A stretch of 64,000 nt of DNA from an uncultured Alphaproteobacteria bacterium (GTDB lineage Bacteria; Pseudomonadota; Alphaproteobacteria; SHVP01). The position numbers and the translations under genes were made by a program. The notes under the pieces are model-generated. The model searched no databases and was not told the DNA's origin. It saw nothing but the letters and a program-made list of their open reading frames with translations. This document shows, one piece after another, positions 50,335 to 60,753 of the stretch (positions within the stretch are counted from its first letter, which is position 1; each line of letters opens with the position of its first letter). Location of the stretch: contig CAZTAK010000003.1 of NCBI GenBank assembly GCA_964611585.1, positions 1,871 through 65,870 on the forward strand, read 5' to 3'.

Positions 50335-52626
50335 ATGGCTACCAGATCTTCCAAACCGTCCCGTCCGGCCAAGTCGCCGGCTCGCCGCCGTGGGGCCAGC
50401 GCCGATGCCGCCGGGGGCGGGGGCATCGTTCTCGAAGAGCCGCTGGCGCGGGCGCTTTCCGAGCGCTATCTCGCCTACGCGCTATCGACGATTACCTCAC
50501 GATCGCTGCCCGATGTCCGCGACGGCCTCAAGCCGGTCCACCGTCGCCTGTTGTATGCGATGCACGTGTTGAAACTCGACGCGCGTTCCGGCTTCAAGAA
50601 ATGCGCCCGTGTCGTCGGCGATGTCATCGGCAAGTACCATCCCCACGGCGATCAGTCGGTTTACGATGCGCTGGTGCGCCTGTCGCAGGCGTTTGCGGCG
50701 CGCTATCCGCTGGTCGATGGGCAGGGCAACTTCGGCAATATCGACGGCGATAACGCGGCCGCCATGCGCTATACCGAAGCCCGCCTGACCGCGGTCGCCG
50801 AGGCGATGCTGGACGGCCTCGGCGACGACACCGTCGACTTCCGCACCACCTACGACGATGAGGAAGAAGAGCCCATCGTCTTGCCGGCCCGGTTTCCGAA
50901 TCTGCTGGCCAACGGATCCGCCGGAATCGCTGTCGGCATGGCGACCAGCGTCCCGCCGCACAACGCCGGTGAACTGTGCGACGCGCTGCTGCACCTGATA
51001 AGATTTCCGCGCGCGACGCCCGCCAAACTGACTGAACTGGTTCCGGGGCCGGATTTTCCCACCGGCGGCGTGCTGGTCGAACCGGCAGTGTCGATTCGCG
51101 AGGCCTACGCCACCGGGCGCGGCGCGTTCCGGCTGCGGGCGCGCTGGGAAACCGAGAAAACCAGCCACGGCCAATACCAAATCGTCATCACGGAAATCCC
51201 TTACCAGGTCCAGAAATCGCGCCTGATCGAACGCATTGCGGAACTGCTGGCAGGGCGCAAATTGCCATTGCTTGCGGATGTTCGTGACGAATCGGCCGAA
51301 GATGTGCGCGTCGTGCTGGAACCCAAATCCCGCACTGTCGCCGCCGCGACCCTGATGGAGACGCTGTTCCGGCTTACCGATCTCGAAGTGCGCGTGCCGC
51401 TCAACCTCAACGTCCTCGACCGCGGGCGGTTGCCGAAGTTGATGAGCCTGCGCGAGGCGTTACAGGCGTTTCTCGATCACCGCCACGACGTGCTGCTGCG
51501 AAAGAACCGTTATCGGTTGGGCAAAATCGACGCCCGGTTGACGATTCTCGACGGTTATTTGATCGCGTTTCTCAATGTCGACGCGGTCATCAAGATCATC
51601 CGCGAAACCGACGAGCCCAAACCGAAACTGATGCGGCGCTTCAAGCTTGTGGAGGTTCAAGCCGAGGCAATCCTGAATCTGCGGTTGCGGTCGCTGCGCA
51701 AACTCGAAGAGATGCAGCTTCGCGCCGAACACGATGAATTGACCGCCGAGCGCAAGGGCCTGAACAGCTTGATGCGCAGCAAGGACAAACGCTGGACCGC
51801 CATTGCCGCCGAAATCCGCGACATCAGGAAACGGTTCGGCGCGGCGACCGGGTTGGGCCGGCGCCGGACCGAGATCGGCGAGGCTCCGGACCCCGCGCCG
51901 GTGCCCCTGGAGGCGATGGTGGAACGGGAACCGGTCACGGTGATCTGTTCCGAAAAAGGCTGGGTCCGCACCCTGCGCGGGCACGCCGAAATCTCCACCG
52001 ACACCAAATACAAGGAAGGCGACCGCGCCCGTTTCTGGCTTCACGCCGAAACCACCGACAAGGTGCTCCTGTTCGGAACCGACGGCCGGTTCTATACGCT
52101 GCCCTGCGATCGGCTTCCGTCGGGGCGGGGCCAAGGCGAACCGGTACGCCTGTTCGCCGATCTCGGCAACGACGAAGACATTGTTGCGCTGTTCGTGCAC
52201 CGCCCCGACCGGCGGCTGGTGGTGGTATCGAGCGACGGCCGCGGCTTTGTCGCCGAGGAAGACGGCGTCCTCGCCCAAACCCGGAGCGGCAAGCAGGTCC
52301 TCAACGTCCGCGGCAGCGTCGAGGCCGCCGTCTGCACCCCGGCCGAGGGCGACAGCCTGGCGTTGATTGGCGAAAACCGGAAGATGCTGGTGATCCCGCT
52401 CGCCGAACTGCCGGTCATGGCCCGGGGCCGCGGCGTGACGCTCCAGCGCTACAAAGACGGCGCCCTCAGCGACGCCATCGCCTTCGACCGCGCCGCAGGA
52501 CTCACCTACCACTCGGGCGCTCGCGTCCATGTGATCGACGACCTGATGCCCTGGGAAGGCAAGCGCGCCCAGGCCGGCCGCCTCGCTCCCAAGGGCTTTC
52601 CCCGCAGCAACCGGTTCACCGCCTAG
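50335..52626 (+). CDS. parC: DNA topoisomerase IV subunit A
   Basis: 763 aa from [12 protein letters not shown]. The N-terminal approximately 35-aa basic extension precedes the canonical GyrA/ParC fold, which begins [32 protein letters not shown]. Confidence 0.9.
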   Translation: MATRSSKPSRPAKSPARRRGASADAAGGGGIVLEEPLARALSERYLAYALSTITSRSLPDVRDGLKPVHRRLLYAMHVLKLDARSGFKKCARVVGDVIGKYHPHGDQSVYDALVRLSQAFAARYPLVDGQGNFGNIDGDNAAAMRYTEARLTAVAEAMLDGLGDDTVDFRTTYDDEEEEPIVLPARFPNLLANGSAGIAVGMATSVPPHNAGELCDALLHLIRFPRATPAKLTELVPGPDFPTGGVLVEPAVSIREAYATGRGAFRLRARWETEKTSHGQYQIVITEIPYQVQKSRLIERIAELLAGRKLPLLADVRDESAEDVRVVLEPKSRTVAAATLMETLFRLTDLEVRVPLNLNVLDRGRLPKLMSLREALQAFLDHRHDVLLRKNRYRLGKIDARLTILDGYLIAFLNVDAVIKIIRETDEPKPKLMRRFKLVEVQAEAILNLRLRSLRKLEEMQLRAEHDELTAERKGLNSLMRSKDKRWTAIAAEIRDIRKRFGAATGLGRRRTEIGEAPDPAPVPLEAMVEREPVTVICSEKGWVRTLRGHAEISTDTKYKEGDRARFWLHAETTDKVLLFGTDGRFYTLPCDRLPSGRGQGEPVRLFADLGNDEDIVALFVHRPDRRLVVVSSDGRGFVAEEDGVLAQTRSGKQVLNVRGSVEAAVCTPAEGDSLALIGENRKMLVIPLAELPVMARGRGVTLQRYKDGALSDAIAFDRAAGLTYHSGARVHVIDDLMPWEGKRAQAGRLAPKGFPRSNRFTA

Positions 52627-52830
52627 CGCCGCCGCCGGATGAGCCCGCCCCGCCAGGCCTCACCCGCCGCCGCAACGGCCCGGCCCGCCAATCCTCGCCG
52701 GACGCGATAGACGCCCGCCGACGCGGCGGTATCGACCGTCTGGAATTCTGGCCAAAGGGCGCCGGCTCCGGTAAAACCGCCATGCCTTTCTGACGCGCTT
52801 CATTCCATTTCGATATCAAGGGGTCAAGGG

Positions 52831-53388
52831 TTGCGGGTACTCGTGCCAATCGTGGTTTGGATCGACCGCCTCAACGATTTCGTTGGGCGGGGCGTCGCGC
52901 TGTTGACGATCGTGATGGTCCTCAACGTCTTTTTGGTGGTGGTGCTGCGCTACACGATGTCGCTCGGTTGGATCTGGATGCAGGAAAGCTATACCTGGAT
53001 GCACGGCACCGTGTTCATGCTGGGGGCCGGCTATACACTTCTGCACAACGGACATGTGCGGATCGACGTTTTCTACCGCACGGCAAGCGCGCGCTATCAG
53101 GCCGTCGTCAATCTTCTCGGGTCGATCTTTCTACTGCTCCCCCTTCTGTGGATCACTTGGGACAAAGCCGTTCCCATTGTCCGCCGGTCGTGGTCGCGGC
53201 TCGAGTCCTCGCCCGAGGCCGGCGGTCTCCCGGGCCTCTTCGTCATCAAGGGTGTGATCCTCGCATTCTGTGTTCTGTTCGCCTTGCAGGGCGTGTCGCT
53301 GGCTTTGCGGAGTGTTCTGACGCTTGCGGGTGTCGATCTGGTCCCGCCGGGCAAGAGACAGGCGGACGAAGCGGGGCAGGGGATCTGA
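52831..53388 (+). CDS. dctQ: TRAP transporter small permease
   Basis: Four transmembrane segments. TTG or GTG start. ATGA-type overlap with dctM. Confidence 0.8.
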   Translation: MRVLVPIVVWIDRLNDFVGRGVALLTIVMVLNVFLVVVLRYTMSLGWIWMQESYTWMHGTVFMLGAGYTLLHNGHVRIDVFYRTASARYQAVVNLLGSIFLLLPLLWITWDKAVPIVRRSWSRLESSPEAGGLPGLFVIKGVILAFCVLFALQGVSLALRSVLTLAGVDLVPPGKRQADEAGQGI

Positions 53389-54761
53389 TGTCACCCGAGA
53401 TACTCGGCATCATCATGTTCCTCACCGTACTGGGGGTGCTGCTATTTGGCTTTCCGGTCGCACTGACCCTTGCGGGAACGGCGCTGTTGTTCGCGTTTCT
53501 GGGCGACATGCTGGGCATGTTCCCGCTTGGCATGCTGGGCGCGTATCCGCTGCGGATATTCGGAACCATGACCAACGACACACTGGTTGCGGTGCCGTTG
53601 TTTATTTTCATGGGGGTGATGCTGGAGCGATCGAATGTCGCCGCCGCGCTGCTCGAAACCATGGGGCTGTTGTTCGGCCGGATGCGCGGCGGTCTCGGCA
53701 TTTCGGTAATCGTTGTCGGCATGCTGCTCGCCGCCTCGACGGGGATCGTCGGCGCCACCGTGGTGACGATGGGGCTTCTCAGTCTGCCGATCATGCTGCG
53801 CAATGGATACGACGCAAAACTTGCCTCGGGCCTCGTGTGCGCATCGGGAACGCTGGGCCAGATTATTCCGCCCTCGATCGTCCTTGTATTGCTGGCCGAG
53901 ATTCTGCAAGGCGCCAACGAACAGGCGGCGGAACTTGGGGGCGACCTTGCGCCCGAACCGGTCACGGTGATCGACCTGTTTGCCGGCGCCCTGTTTCCCG
54001 GTCTGTTGCTGGTCGGGCTCTACATCCTTTGGCAGGTATTCATGGCGGTGTGGAAGCCATCGTCCAGCCCGCCGGTTCTCGACGAGGGCGAACGGCCACC
54101 CCTCCCCTATCTGGTGGTCTCGGGTGTGCTGCCGCCGATGCTGCTGATCGTGGCGGTTCTCGGATCGATTCTGATAGGGGCGGCGACGCCGACCGAATCG
54201 GCAGCCGTCGGCGCTATCGGCGCGGCCTTGCTGGCCGTGCGGAACAAACGATTCACCTGGCCCATCTTGCGCCACGTGGCACAGGAAACGACCAAGATCA
54301 GTTCGATGGTATTTCTGATCCTGGTCGGCGCTTCCATGTTTTCGCTTGTATTCCGTGGCTTCGGCGGCGACGTCCTGATCGAGGATTTTCTCGGCAACCT
54401 GCCCGGCGGCCTGTTTCTGGCAATGCTGGTGGTGATGGCGGCAATATTTCTTCTCGGGTTTTTTCTCGATTTTATCGAAATTATCTTTGTCGTCGTTCCA
54501 ATCGTCGGCCCCTCGTTGATCGCGCTGGGTATCGACCCGCTGGTCCTGGGGATCATGATCGGCGTCAATCTGCAAACCAGTTTTCTGACGCCGCCGTTCG
54601 GATTTGCGCTGTTCTACTTGCGCGGCGTGGCCCCGGATGAAGTGAAGACGACCGATATCTATCGCGGCGTGATTCCGTTTATCTTCATTCAGATTGTGGG
54701 AATCGGGCTCTTGGCCGTCTTCCCGGGCCTCGCGACCTGGCTGCCACGCGTGTTGTTCTAG
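53388..54761 (+). CDS. dctM: TRAP transporter large permease
   Basis: 457-aa polytopic membrane protein from MSPEILGIIMFLTVLG. Confidence 0.85.
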   Translation: MSPEILGIIMFLTVLGVLLFGFPVALTLAGTALLFAFLGDMLGMFPLGMLGAYPLRIFGTMTNDTLVAVPLFIFMGVMLERSNVAAALLETMGLLFGRMRGGLGISVIVVGMLLAASTGIVGATVVTMGLLSLPIMLRNGYDAKLASGLVCASGTLGQIIPPSIVLVLLAEILQGANEQAAELGGDLAPEPVTVIDLFAGALFPGLLLVGLYILWQVFMAVWKPSSSPPVLDEGERPPLPYLVVSGVLPPMLLIVAVLGSILIGAATPTESAAVGAIGAALLAVRNKRFTWPILRHVAQETTKISSMVFLILVGASMFSLVFRGFGGDVLIEDFLGNLPGGLFLAMLVVMAAIFLLGFFLDFIEIIFVVVPIVGPSLIALGIDPLVLGIMIGVNLQTSFLTPPFGFALFYLRGVAPDEVKTTDIYRGVIPFIFIQIVGIGLLAVFPGLATWLPRVLF

Positions 54762-54762
54762 A

Positions 54763-54866
54763 GCAAATCCCGAGCCGGTGGAACCGCCGGCGACGACGAT
54801 TTGCGTACTATGTCAAAGGGATAGAGCTTTTCGCGTGAGCGCATGCGAACGGGAGAAGCTCTAGCC
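54763..54866. repeat. about 105-bp structured repeat, copy B (plus orientation, directly 3' of dctM)
   Basis: Near-identical to the reverse complement of 39815..39918. The repeat begins 1 nt after the dctM stop codon TAG. Confidence 0.6.
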
Positions 54867-54874
54867 GCACCGCA

Positions 54875-54915
54875 CGGGCAAAAAAGAAAGGGTGGACCCT
54901 CGGGCCCGCCCCTTC
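54875..54915 (-). terminator. putative rho-independent terminator of dctP
   Basis: Minus strand GGGGCGGGCCCGAGGGTCCACCC followed by TTTCTTTTTTG. The stem is imperfect. Confidence 0.4.
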
Positions 54916-54935
54916 GTCGTGCGATTGGCGCGACG

Positions 54936-56030
54936 CTAACCCGGGTATTTGAAGGGCAACGCCCGCGCTTTTGCGTAAGCGCTTTCAGAGGTGTTGGTCC
55001 AGCGCAAGGCGGTGCGCCGGAACTTGACGATTTCGCCGAACACTTCGGTCGAAAGGGCGTCGCGGGATGCAATTTCCTGTAGCACCTCGCCGGCCCGTCC
55101 GCCGATCTTGTTCAAGACATCGTCCGGATACTTCCGCAGTTTGACGTTGTGCTCGTTGATCAGCGCCTGGAGCGCGGCATCATTGCGCGCCTGGAATTCG
55201 CTGAGCATCAGAAGGTTGGTCGCCGCGGCGCCCCGTTCGATGACACTTTTCAAGTCGTCCGTGAGACCGTTCCAGGCGTCGAGGTTGATGAAACCGTCCA
55301 ACACCGTTGCCGGTTCGTGCCAGCCCGGGAAGTAGTAATAGTCGGCAACCTTATACAGACCGAACCCGAGATCGGCGGCGGGGCCGATCCATTCGGTGCC
55401 GTCGATCGCACCGGATGTCAGTGCCGGCAGGATTTCACCGCCCGGCAACAGCACGACGTTTACGCCGAACGTCGCCAGGACTTCGCCGCCGAGCCCCGGC
55501 ATCCGGAACTTGAGGCCCGAGAAATCGTCGATGGTGTTGATTTCCCTGTTGTACCAGCCGCCCATCTGGTTGCCGGTATTCCCCATCGGCAGGAACTTCA
55601 TGCCGAACCCGTTGTAGATCTTGTCGGCGGTTTCGATTCCATCGGCGTAGTACATCCACGCGTTTTGTTCCTGGGCGTTAAGACCGAACGGCATCGCCGC
55701 CACGAACGAAATCGCATTGGATTTGCCGGCCCAGTAATAGGGCGCACCCATGCCCATCTGCGCCGTGCCGGCTTCGACGGCATCAAAGTTTTCGAAGGCG
55801 CCGACCAGTTCGCCGGCATGGAAGACCTTCATCGACAGCCTTCCCTCGGTCGCGTTGGTGACGAAATCACCGAACGCATCGAGGTGGCGGCCAAGAATGC
55901 CGGCCTTGCCGAACGAGGAAGCGACAATCCACTGTTGCCGCCCTTGGGCGATGGCCGGTGCCGCCAACGTCAATGCTGCTGCGGCGCCACCCGCGACCGC
56001 AGCCCCTTTTAGAAATTCACGTCTCTTCAT
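54936..56030 (-). CDS. dctP: TRAP transporter solute-binding protein (DctP family), Tat signal
   Basis: MKRREFLKGAAVAGGAAAALTLAAPAIAQG twin-arginine leader. 364 aa. Confidence 0.85.
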   Translation of the reverse strand: MKRREFLKGAAVAGGAAAALTLAAPAIAQGRQQWIVASSFGKAGILGRHLDAFGDFVTNATEGRLSMKVFHAGELVGAFENFDAVEAGTAQMGMGAPYYWAGKSNAISFVAAMPFGLNAQEQNAWMYYADGIETADKIYNGFGMKFLPMGNTGNQMGGWYNREINTIDDFSGLKFRMPGLGGEVLATFGVNVVLLPGGEILPALTSGAIDGTEWIGPAADLGFGLYKVADYYYFPGWHEPATVLDGFINLDAWNGLTDDLKSVIERGAAATNLLMLSEFQARNDAALQALINEHNVKLRKYPDDVLNKIGGRAGEVLQEIASRDALSTEVFGEIVKFRRTALRWTNTSESAYAKARALPFKYPG

Positions 56031-56164
56031 GAAGACCTCCCCGATATTATGTTTAACTTAGGAAAGTATAGGGCGAGAAATACTAGGTGCAACCAAGGAT
56101 TGACGTCAGCGCGGTGAACCGTTCGGCTGCACCTGCGCTCTGGGGCCGCGCAAGGCCGCCGCGC

Positions 56165-56902
56165 TCAGCCTGCGGTGCCGGTCCGGGGCGCCAGGTCCCA
56201 GCCCTCGGGCCCGAAGACCTCTACGGGCTGGAACTGGGTCTTGTAAGCCATGTTCGGGCAGCCCTCGACGGCGTAGCCGAGATAAACGTATTCGAGGCCC
56301 CACGACCGGGCTAACCGAACGTGATCGAGGATGATGAAAGTGCCGCCGCTGCGGCGCGCCGGTTCGGGCTCGTAAAAACTGTACACCATCGACAGGCCGT
56401 CCTCGATGCGGTCGGTGAGCGACGCACCGGTCAGCACCCCGTCGTCGTCGCGATATTCGACAAGAAGGGTCTCGACAGGGGTTCGCTCGATCATGGAGCG
56501 GTATTCGTCGAAATCCATCTCTACCATCGCCCCGCCGCCGTGGCGTCGCTGCTGGTAGCGCGAAAACAGCCCGAAATGTTCGCGGTTGGCGAGCGGTGGC
56601 AGGATGGTGCGGGTTAAGCCGCGGTTCCGGTTCAGCACCCGCTTCATCGAGCGCGTCGGCACGAAATCTTCGATCCGGATGCGCACCGGCCGGCATGCGC
56701 GGCAGCCGTCGCAATCGGGCCGATAGGCGATGTCGTGACTGCGGCGAAAACCGGCGCGAGCCAGTACGTCGTGGGCCAATCCTGAATCGCCTTCGTCGAG
56801 GTGGGTGAAGACAAGGCGCTCTTCGCGTCCGCCGAGATAGGGACACGGCGTCGATCGCGTACGGTAAAACTGCAGCAGGCCGGGGTCCAAGGATTTGTTC
56901 AT
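56165..56902 (-). CDS. bpt: arginyl/leucyl-tRNA--protein transferase (ATE1/Bpt family)
   Basis: Start MNKSLDPGLLQFYRTRSTPCPYL. CDGCRAC motif. 245 aa. Confidence 0.8.
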   Translation of the reverse strand: MNKSLDPGLLQFYRTRSTPCPYLGGREERLVFTHLDEGDSGLAHDVLARAGFRRSHDIAYRPDCDGCRACRPVRIRIEDFVPTRSMKRVLNRNRGLTRTILPPLANREHFGLFSRYQQRRHGGGAMVEMDFDEYRSMIERTPVETLLVEYRDDDGVLTGASLTDRIEDGLSMVYSFYEPEPARRSGGTFIILDHVRLARSWGLEYVYLGYAVEGCPNMAYKTQFQPVEVFGPEGWDLAPRTGTAG

Positions 56903-56928
56903 GGCAATTCGATACTCGAAAAGGGCAG

Positions 56929-57804
56929 CTACTGATACTCGGGCGGCAAAACCGTGGCGCCTCGCAACAGCACGATGCTGATACGCCGGTTTTCCGGCAA
57001 GAAGGGATCTTCGGGCACCAACGGCTCCTGATCCGCCAGGCCGGCCACGCGCAGAAACCGGGCAGGATCGATTCCAAATTCGATCAGCGCGCGGCGACTC
57101 GCCAGGGCCCGGTCGGCCGACAGCTCCCAATTCGAATAGTCGTCGCGTTGAAACGGCGTCGCGTCGGTGTGGCCGGAAATCGAGAGGTCGTTGGGGAGGC
57201 GCGAAACCACCCTGGCGATCTGCTCCAGGAGCTCTTTTGTATGCGACTGCATCTGGGAGGAGCCGCTGGCGAAAAGCGAACCGCCTTCCTGATCGATGAT
57301 CTGGATGCGCATGCCTTCGTCGGTCATGTCCATCAGTATATTTTTGCTCAGGTCTGAAAGCTCAGCGGAATCGGCAAGCGCCTGTTTGATCTGTTCGAGG
57401 GCATCGTTAAACATTTCCTGTTCGGCGGCGGCGGCGGCGTCGGCGATTTCTTCTTCCGTCGGTTCCCGCGATTCGCTGATCGGTGGCGGTTCGAGCGCAA
57501 CCACCACCGACGGGGTTCCGCTCTCGCCGACCCTGACGCCAGAATCCGAAAACGTTCGTCCCGCCAGCACGCCGCCCGCGCCGCTCACCCGTGACAATGT
57601 TGCCGAGGTCGGTGCAAAGTAGTCTGCAAGGCCGCTCTTTTGATCGTCGGTGGTGACCTGCAGCAGCCACAACAGCAGGAAGAACGCCATCATCGCCGTC
57701 ACGAAGTCGGCATAGGCGACTTTCCACGCTCCGCCATGGTGGCCTTCGTGTCCACCCTTGACGACCTTTTTGATGATCGTCGCGTTATGACCAGCTTCTG
57801 CCAT
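56929..57804 (-). CDS. motB: flagellar motor stator protein MotB (OmpA-like C-terminus)
   Basis: WKVAYADFVTAMMAFFLLLW transmembrane/plug region. C-terminal peptidoglycan-binding motif SGHTDATP. Confidence 0.85.
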   Translation of the reverse strand: MAEAGHNATIIKKVVKGGHEGHHGGAWKVAYADFVTAMMAFFLLLWLLQVTTDDQKSGLADYFAPTSATLSRVSGAGGVLAGRTFSDSGVRVGESGTPSVVVALEPPPISESREPTEEEIADAAAAAEQEMFNDALEQIKQALADSAELSDLSKNILMDMTDEGMRIQIIDQEGGSLFASGSSQMQSHTKELLEQIARVVSRLPNDLSISGHTDATPFQRDDYSNWELSADRALASRRALIEFGIDPARFLRVAGLADQEPLVPEDPFLPENRRISIVLLRGATVLPPEYQ

Positions 57805-57821
57805 GCAATCCTCTCAGGTGC

Positions 57822-58680
57822 TCAGGCGCTGGGCGCATCTTCGAGCGCCTCTTCGAGCTCTGTGAAGCTCGGGCGCTCGTGCGCCATCAGGATTTTGCGG
57901 GCGAATTCGACCGAGACAGCGGGAGCATAGCCCTGCATGTGGGCCAATAGACCGGCCTTGATGCAGTGGTAGTACTTGCTGTCGGCGTCGGCGTACATTT
58001 TCAAGTTTGAGGCGATCGGTCCCACCAGGCCGTAAGCCAAAAGAACGCCGAGGAAGGTTCCGACCAGCGCCGCGCCAATCTTTTCACCCAACACCTCGGG
58101 CGGTTCAGTGATCGAGCCCATGGTGCTGATGACACCGAGAACGGCGGCCACGATGCCGAACGCGGGCAGACCGTCGGCCACGACCTGCATGGCGCTGGCG
58201 GCCTGCGTCGGGCCCTCGTGCATCGCCTCGATGTCCTCGTCCATCAAAGTTTCGACTTCGTGCGGGTTATCGGTGCCCATGGTCATCAAGCGCAGATAAT
58301 CACACAGGAATGTGACCGCATTCTTGATTCTTGGAGAAAGGGGGGTACTCGGCGAACAGTGTGCTTTCTTCCGGGTGATCAACATGGGTTTCGAGCGCCA
58401 GCATCACTTTGGATTTGGCGAGCCGGAAGATCGCATACAACAGCGTCAACAACTCGAGATACGATTTCTTGCTGTGAGGGGGGCCTTTTAGGACCCGGCC
58501 CAGAGTCTTGCCGACCATGCTCAGGACCGGCTTTGGGTTGGAAATGATGAAGCCGCCCAGCGCCGCCCCGCCGATAATCAGGACTTCCAATGGCTGGATC
58601 AGGACGCCTAAATCGCCGTGCGGCAGATACCCGCCCAAAACAGAGCCGAAGACGACGACTAATCCGATCAGGAAGAACAT
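57822..58680 (-). pseudogene. motA: flagellar motor stator protein MotA, interrupted by a +1 frameshift in a C6/G6 tract
   Basis: The N-terminal part (58300..58680) and the C-terminal part (57822..58385) are both MotA-like but lie in different frames. They rejoin if one G of the 58340..58345 G6 run is removed (…FAEYPLSPRIKNAVTFLCDYLRL…). Confidence 0.8.
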
Positions 58681-58989
58681 TCAGTCCAGCAGGTTAGTGA
58701 AATCGAAGGCTTTGACCGGGCGGTGCAGCATTCTCCTACCCGGCCGAGTCCGAATATCGTCTGTTTCTGGCATGGCATCGGTTAGCCATTTATTACCCGC
58801 TTGGCCCCGGACCGGCAACTCAAATGCGGTTCCCCGCCTTACGGCCTCAATGCCGGGGTTTCGAACGCATCCCGGTTTCTCTCGTGGCTGAGCCAGAATT
58901 TGTTTTCTGTCCCGGCCACTGGTAATAATCGGATTGAACGGCCCGGCCCGGCGGCCTGGTCTTTCAACATGTCTTGCCGACATCCTTTG

Positions 58990-59502
58990 ATGCTCAAAAA
59001 ACCCGTTTCGGACCTATTTGACTTCCGTCAGGCGCTTGGGTGCTTTGCCACCGGCGTCTCGGTGGTGACCACCTATTCGGCGCCCTTGCGGCCGGATGCC
59101 GGCGACGGCTCGGTCGGGGTGACGGTCAATTCGTTCAGTTCGGTATCGCTCGACCCGCCGCTGGTTGCTTTCAGCCTCTACCGCGTCGGCCGCCGGATTT
59201 CACAATTTATCGAGGCCGGTCATTTCTGCATCAACGTGCTGGCGCGCGAACAGGAAGCGCTGTCCAGACAGTTTTCCGCCGCCAACGGCGATGTCACCTG
59301 CGAATCGGTGGGCTATACCCTTGGCACCGTCGGCAGTCCGGTTCTCGCCCACGTTCTCGCAAGTTTCGAATGCACCCTCGAAGACACTGTTGAAGGCGGC
59401 GATCACCTGTTGTTTCTGGGGCGCGTGCAACACTACGCCTACGATGCCTCCAAGACCCCGCTCTTGTTCTTTCGTGGCACCTACACCGGCCTGACCGGCT
59501 AG
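58990..59502 (+). CDS. flavin reductase (NAD(P)H:flavin oxidoreductase, HpaC-like)
   Basis: FRQALGCFATGVSVVTT and SFSSVSLDPPLVAFSL motifs. The alternative start at 58969 is also possible. Confidence 0.75.
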   Translation: MLKKPVSDLFDFRQALGCFATGVSVVTTYSAPLRPDAGDGSVGVTVNSFSSVSLDPPLVAFSLYRVGRRISQFIEAGHFCINVLAREQEALSRQFSAANGDVTCESVGYTLGTVGSPVLAHVLASFECTLEDTVEGGDHLLFLGRVQHYAYDASKTPLLFFRGTYTGLTG

Positions 59503-60739
59503 ACGCCCTGTTGCGCACGGTCCGGTTCGGCCGGTCCGCTCAACAATCGAACCGAATAGCCTTTTGCCTCCAGGGCCGCGACGACTTCGCGCGTGTGGGC
59601 GGCATCGCGCATCTCCGCCACCAGATCGACGTCGGCGCCCTTGGCCGACACATCGGAAAACGTGCGCTGGTGGTGGACCTCGATGATATTGGCCTCGGCC
59701 TTGCCGAGAACGGCGGTGACGGCGGCCAGCGCGCCGGGAACATCTGTAATCTGGATGCGGAGGCGCACGATGCGTCCGTCGCGCACCAGTTCGCGCATAA
59801 TAACCGAAGCCAGCAGGCGCGGATCGATGTTGCCGCCGCTTAGCACCAGGCCGACCTTGCGCCCCCGGAATCGCGCGCGGTGGGACAGCACGGCGGCGAG
59901 CGCCGCAGCACCCGCACCCTCGCCACCGTCTTCTCGACGTTGAGATAAAGCGAGATCGCGTGTTCGATTTCGGCTTCCTCGACGCTGATCAGGTCATCGA
60001 CCCATTCGCGGACGCAGGCCAGGGTTCTTTCGCCAACCCGCTTGACGGCGATGCCCTCGGCGACAGTCGGCCCGCCCACGGGTGCCGCGCGTCCGGCAAG
60101 GGCTTCGCGCATCGCCGGATACAGAGCCGCCTCGACGCCGGTCACCCGGATTGCCGGCCGGAGCGCCTTGGCGGCGATCGCCATGCCGGAAATCAGGCCG
60201 CCGCCGCCGATCGGGACCACCATATCGTCGAGATCGGGGACCTCGGCCAGCATTTCCAGCGCAACGGTGCCCTGGCCGGCGATTACCAGGTCGTCGTCGA
60301 AGGGGTGGACGAAGGTCAGGTTCTCGGCGTCGGCGATCCGGTGCGCGGCCGCGGCGGCGGCGTCGAGATCGTCGCCTTCGAGCACGACGCGGGCACCGTG
60401 ATGGCGCGTGGACTCGATCTTGGTGAGCGGCGTATGGCGCGGCATGACAATCGTGACGGCAATGCCGAGACGGCTGCCGTGATAGGCGACGCCCTGGGCG
60501 TGATTGCCGGCAGAGACCGCGATCACGCCGGCGGCCGCAGCGTCTGCCGGTAGATTGATGAGTTTGTTGAGGGCGCCGCGGTCCTTGAACGACGCGGTGT
60601 ATTGCAGGTTTTCGAACTTGATGTAGAGATCGGCGCCAGCGATCTCGGACAAGGTGCGCGACCACAGGAACGGCGTCCGCACCACGCTGCCGGAAATCGT
60701 TTCGGCCGCGCGTTCGACGAGCGCCCTGGTGACGGTCAT
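59499..60739 (-). pseudogene. ilvA: threonine dehydratase with one C-terminal ACT-like domain (IlvA-like), interrupted by a 1-nt frameshift
   Basis: The PLP domain (59840..60739, SFKDRGA) and the regulatory domain (59499..59891, RKVGLVLSGGNID) lie in different frames. Inserting one base near 59920 restores ...NVEKTVAEGAGAAALAAVLSHRARFRGRKV.... Confidence 0.8.
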
Positions 60740-60753
60740 GGGTGCGGCCGGGC

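Noticed and set aside
58700-58760. TGGCATGGCATCGGTTAGC resembling a sigma-54 -24/-12 promoter near motA
   Set aside because: The motif is on the plus strand while motA is on the minus strand, and the GG-to-GC spacing is not the required 10 nt.
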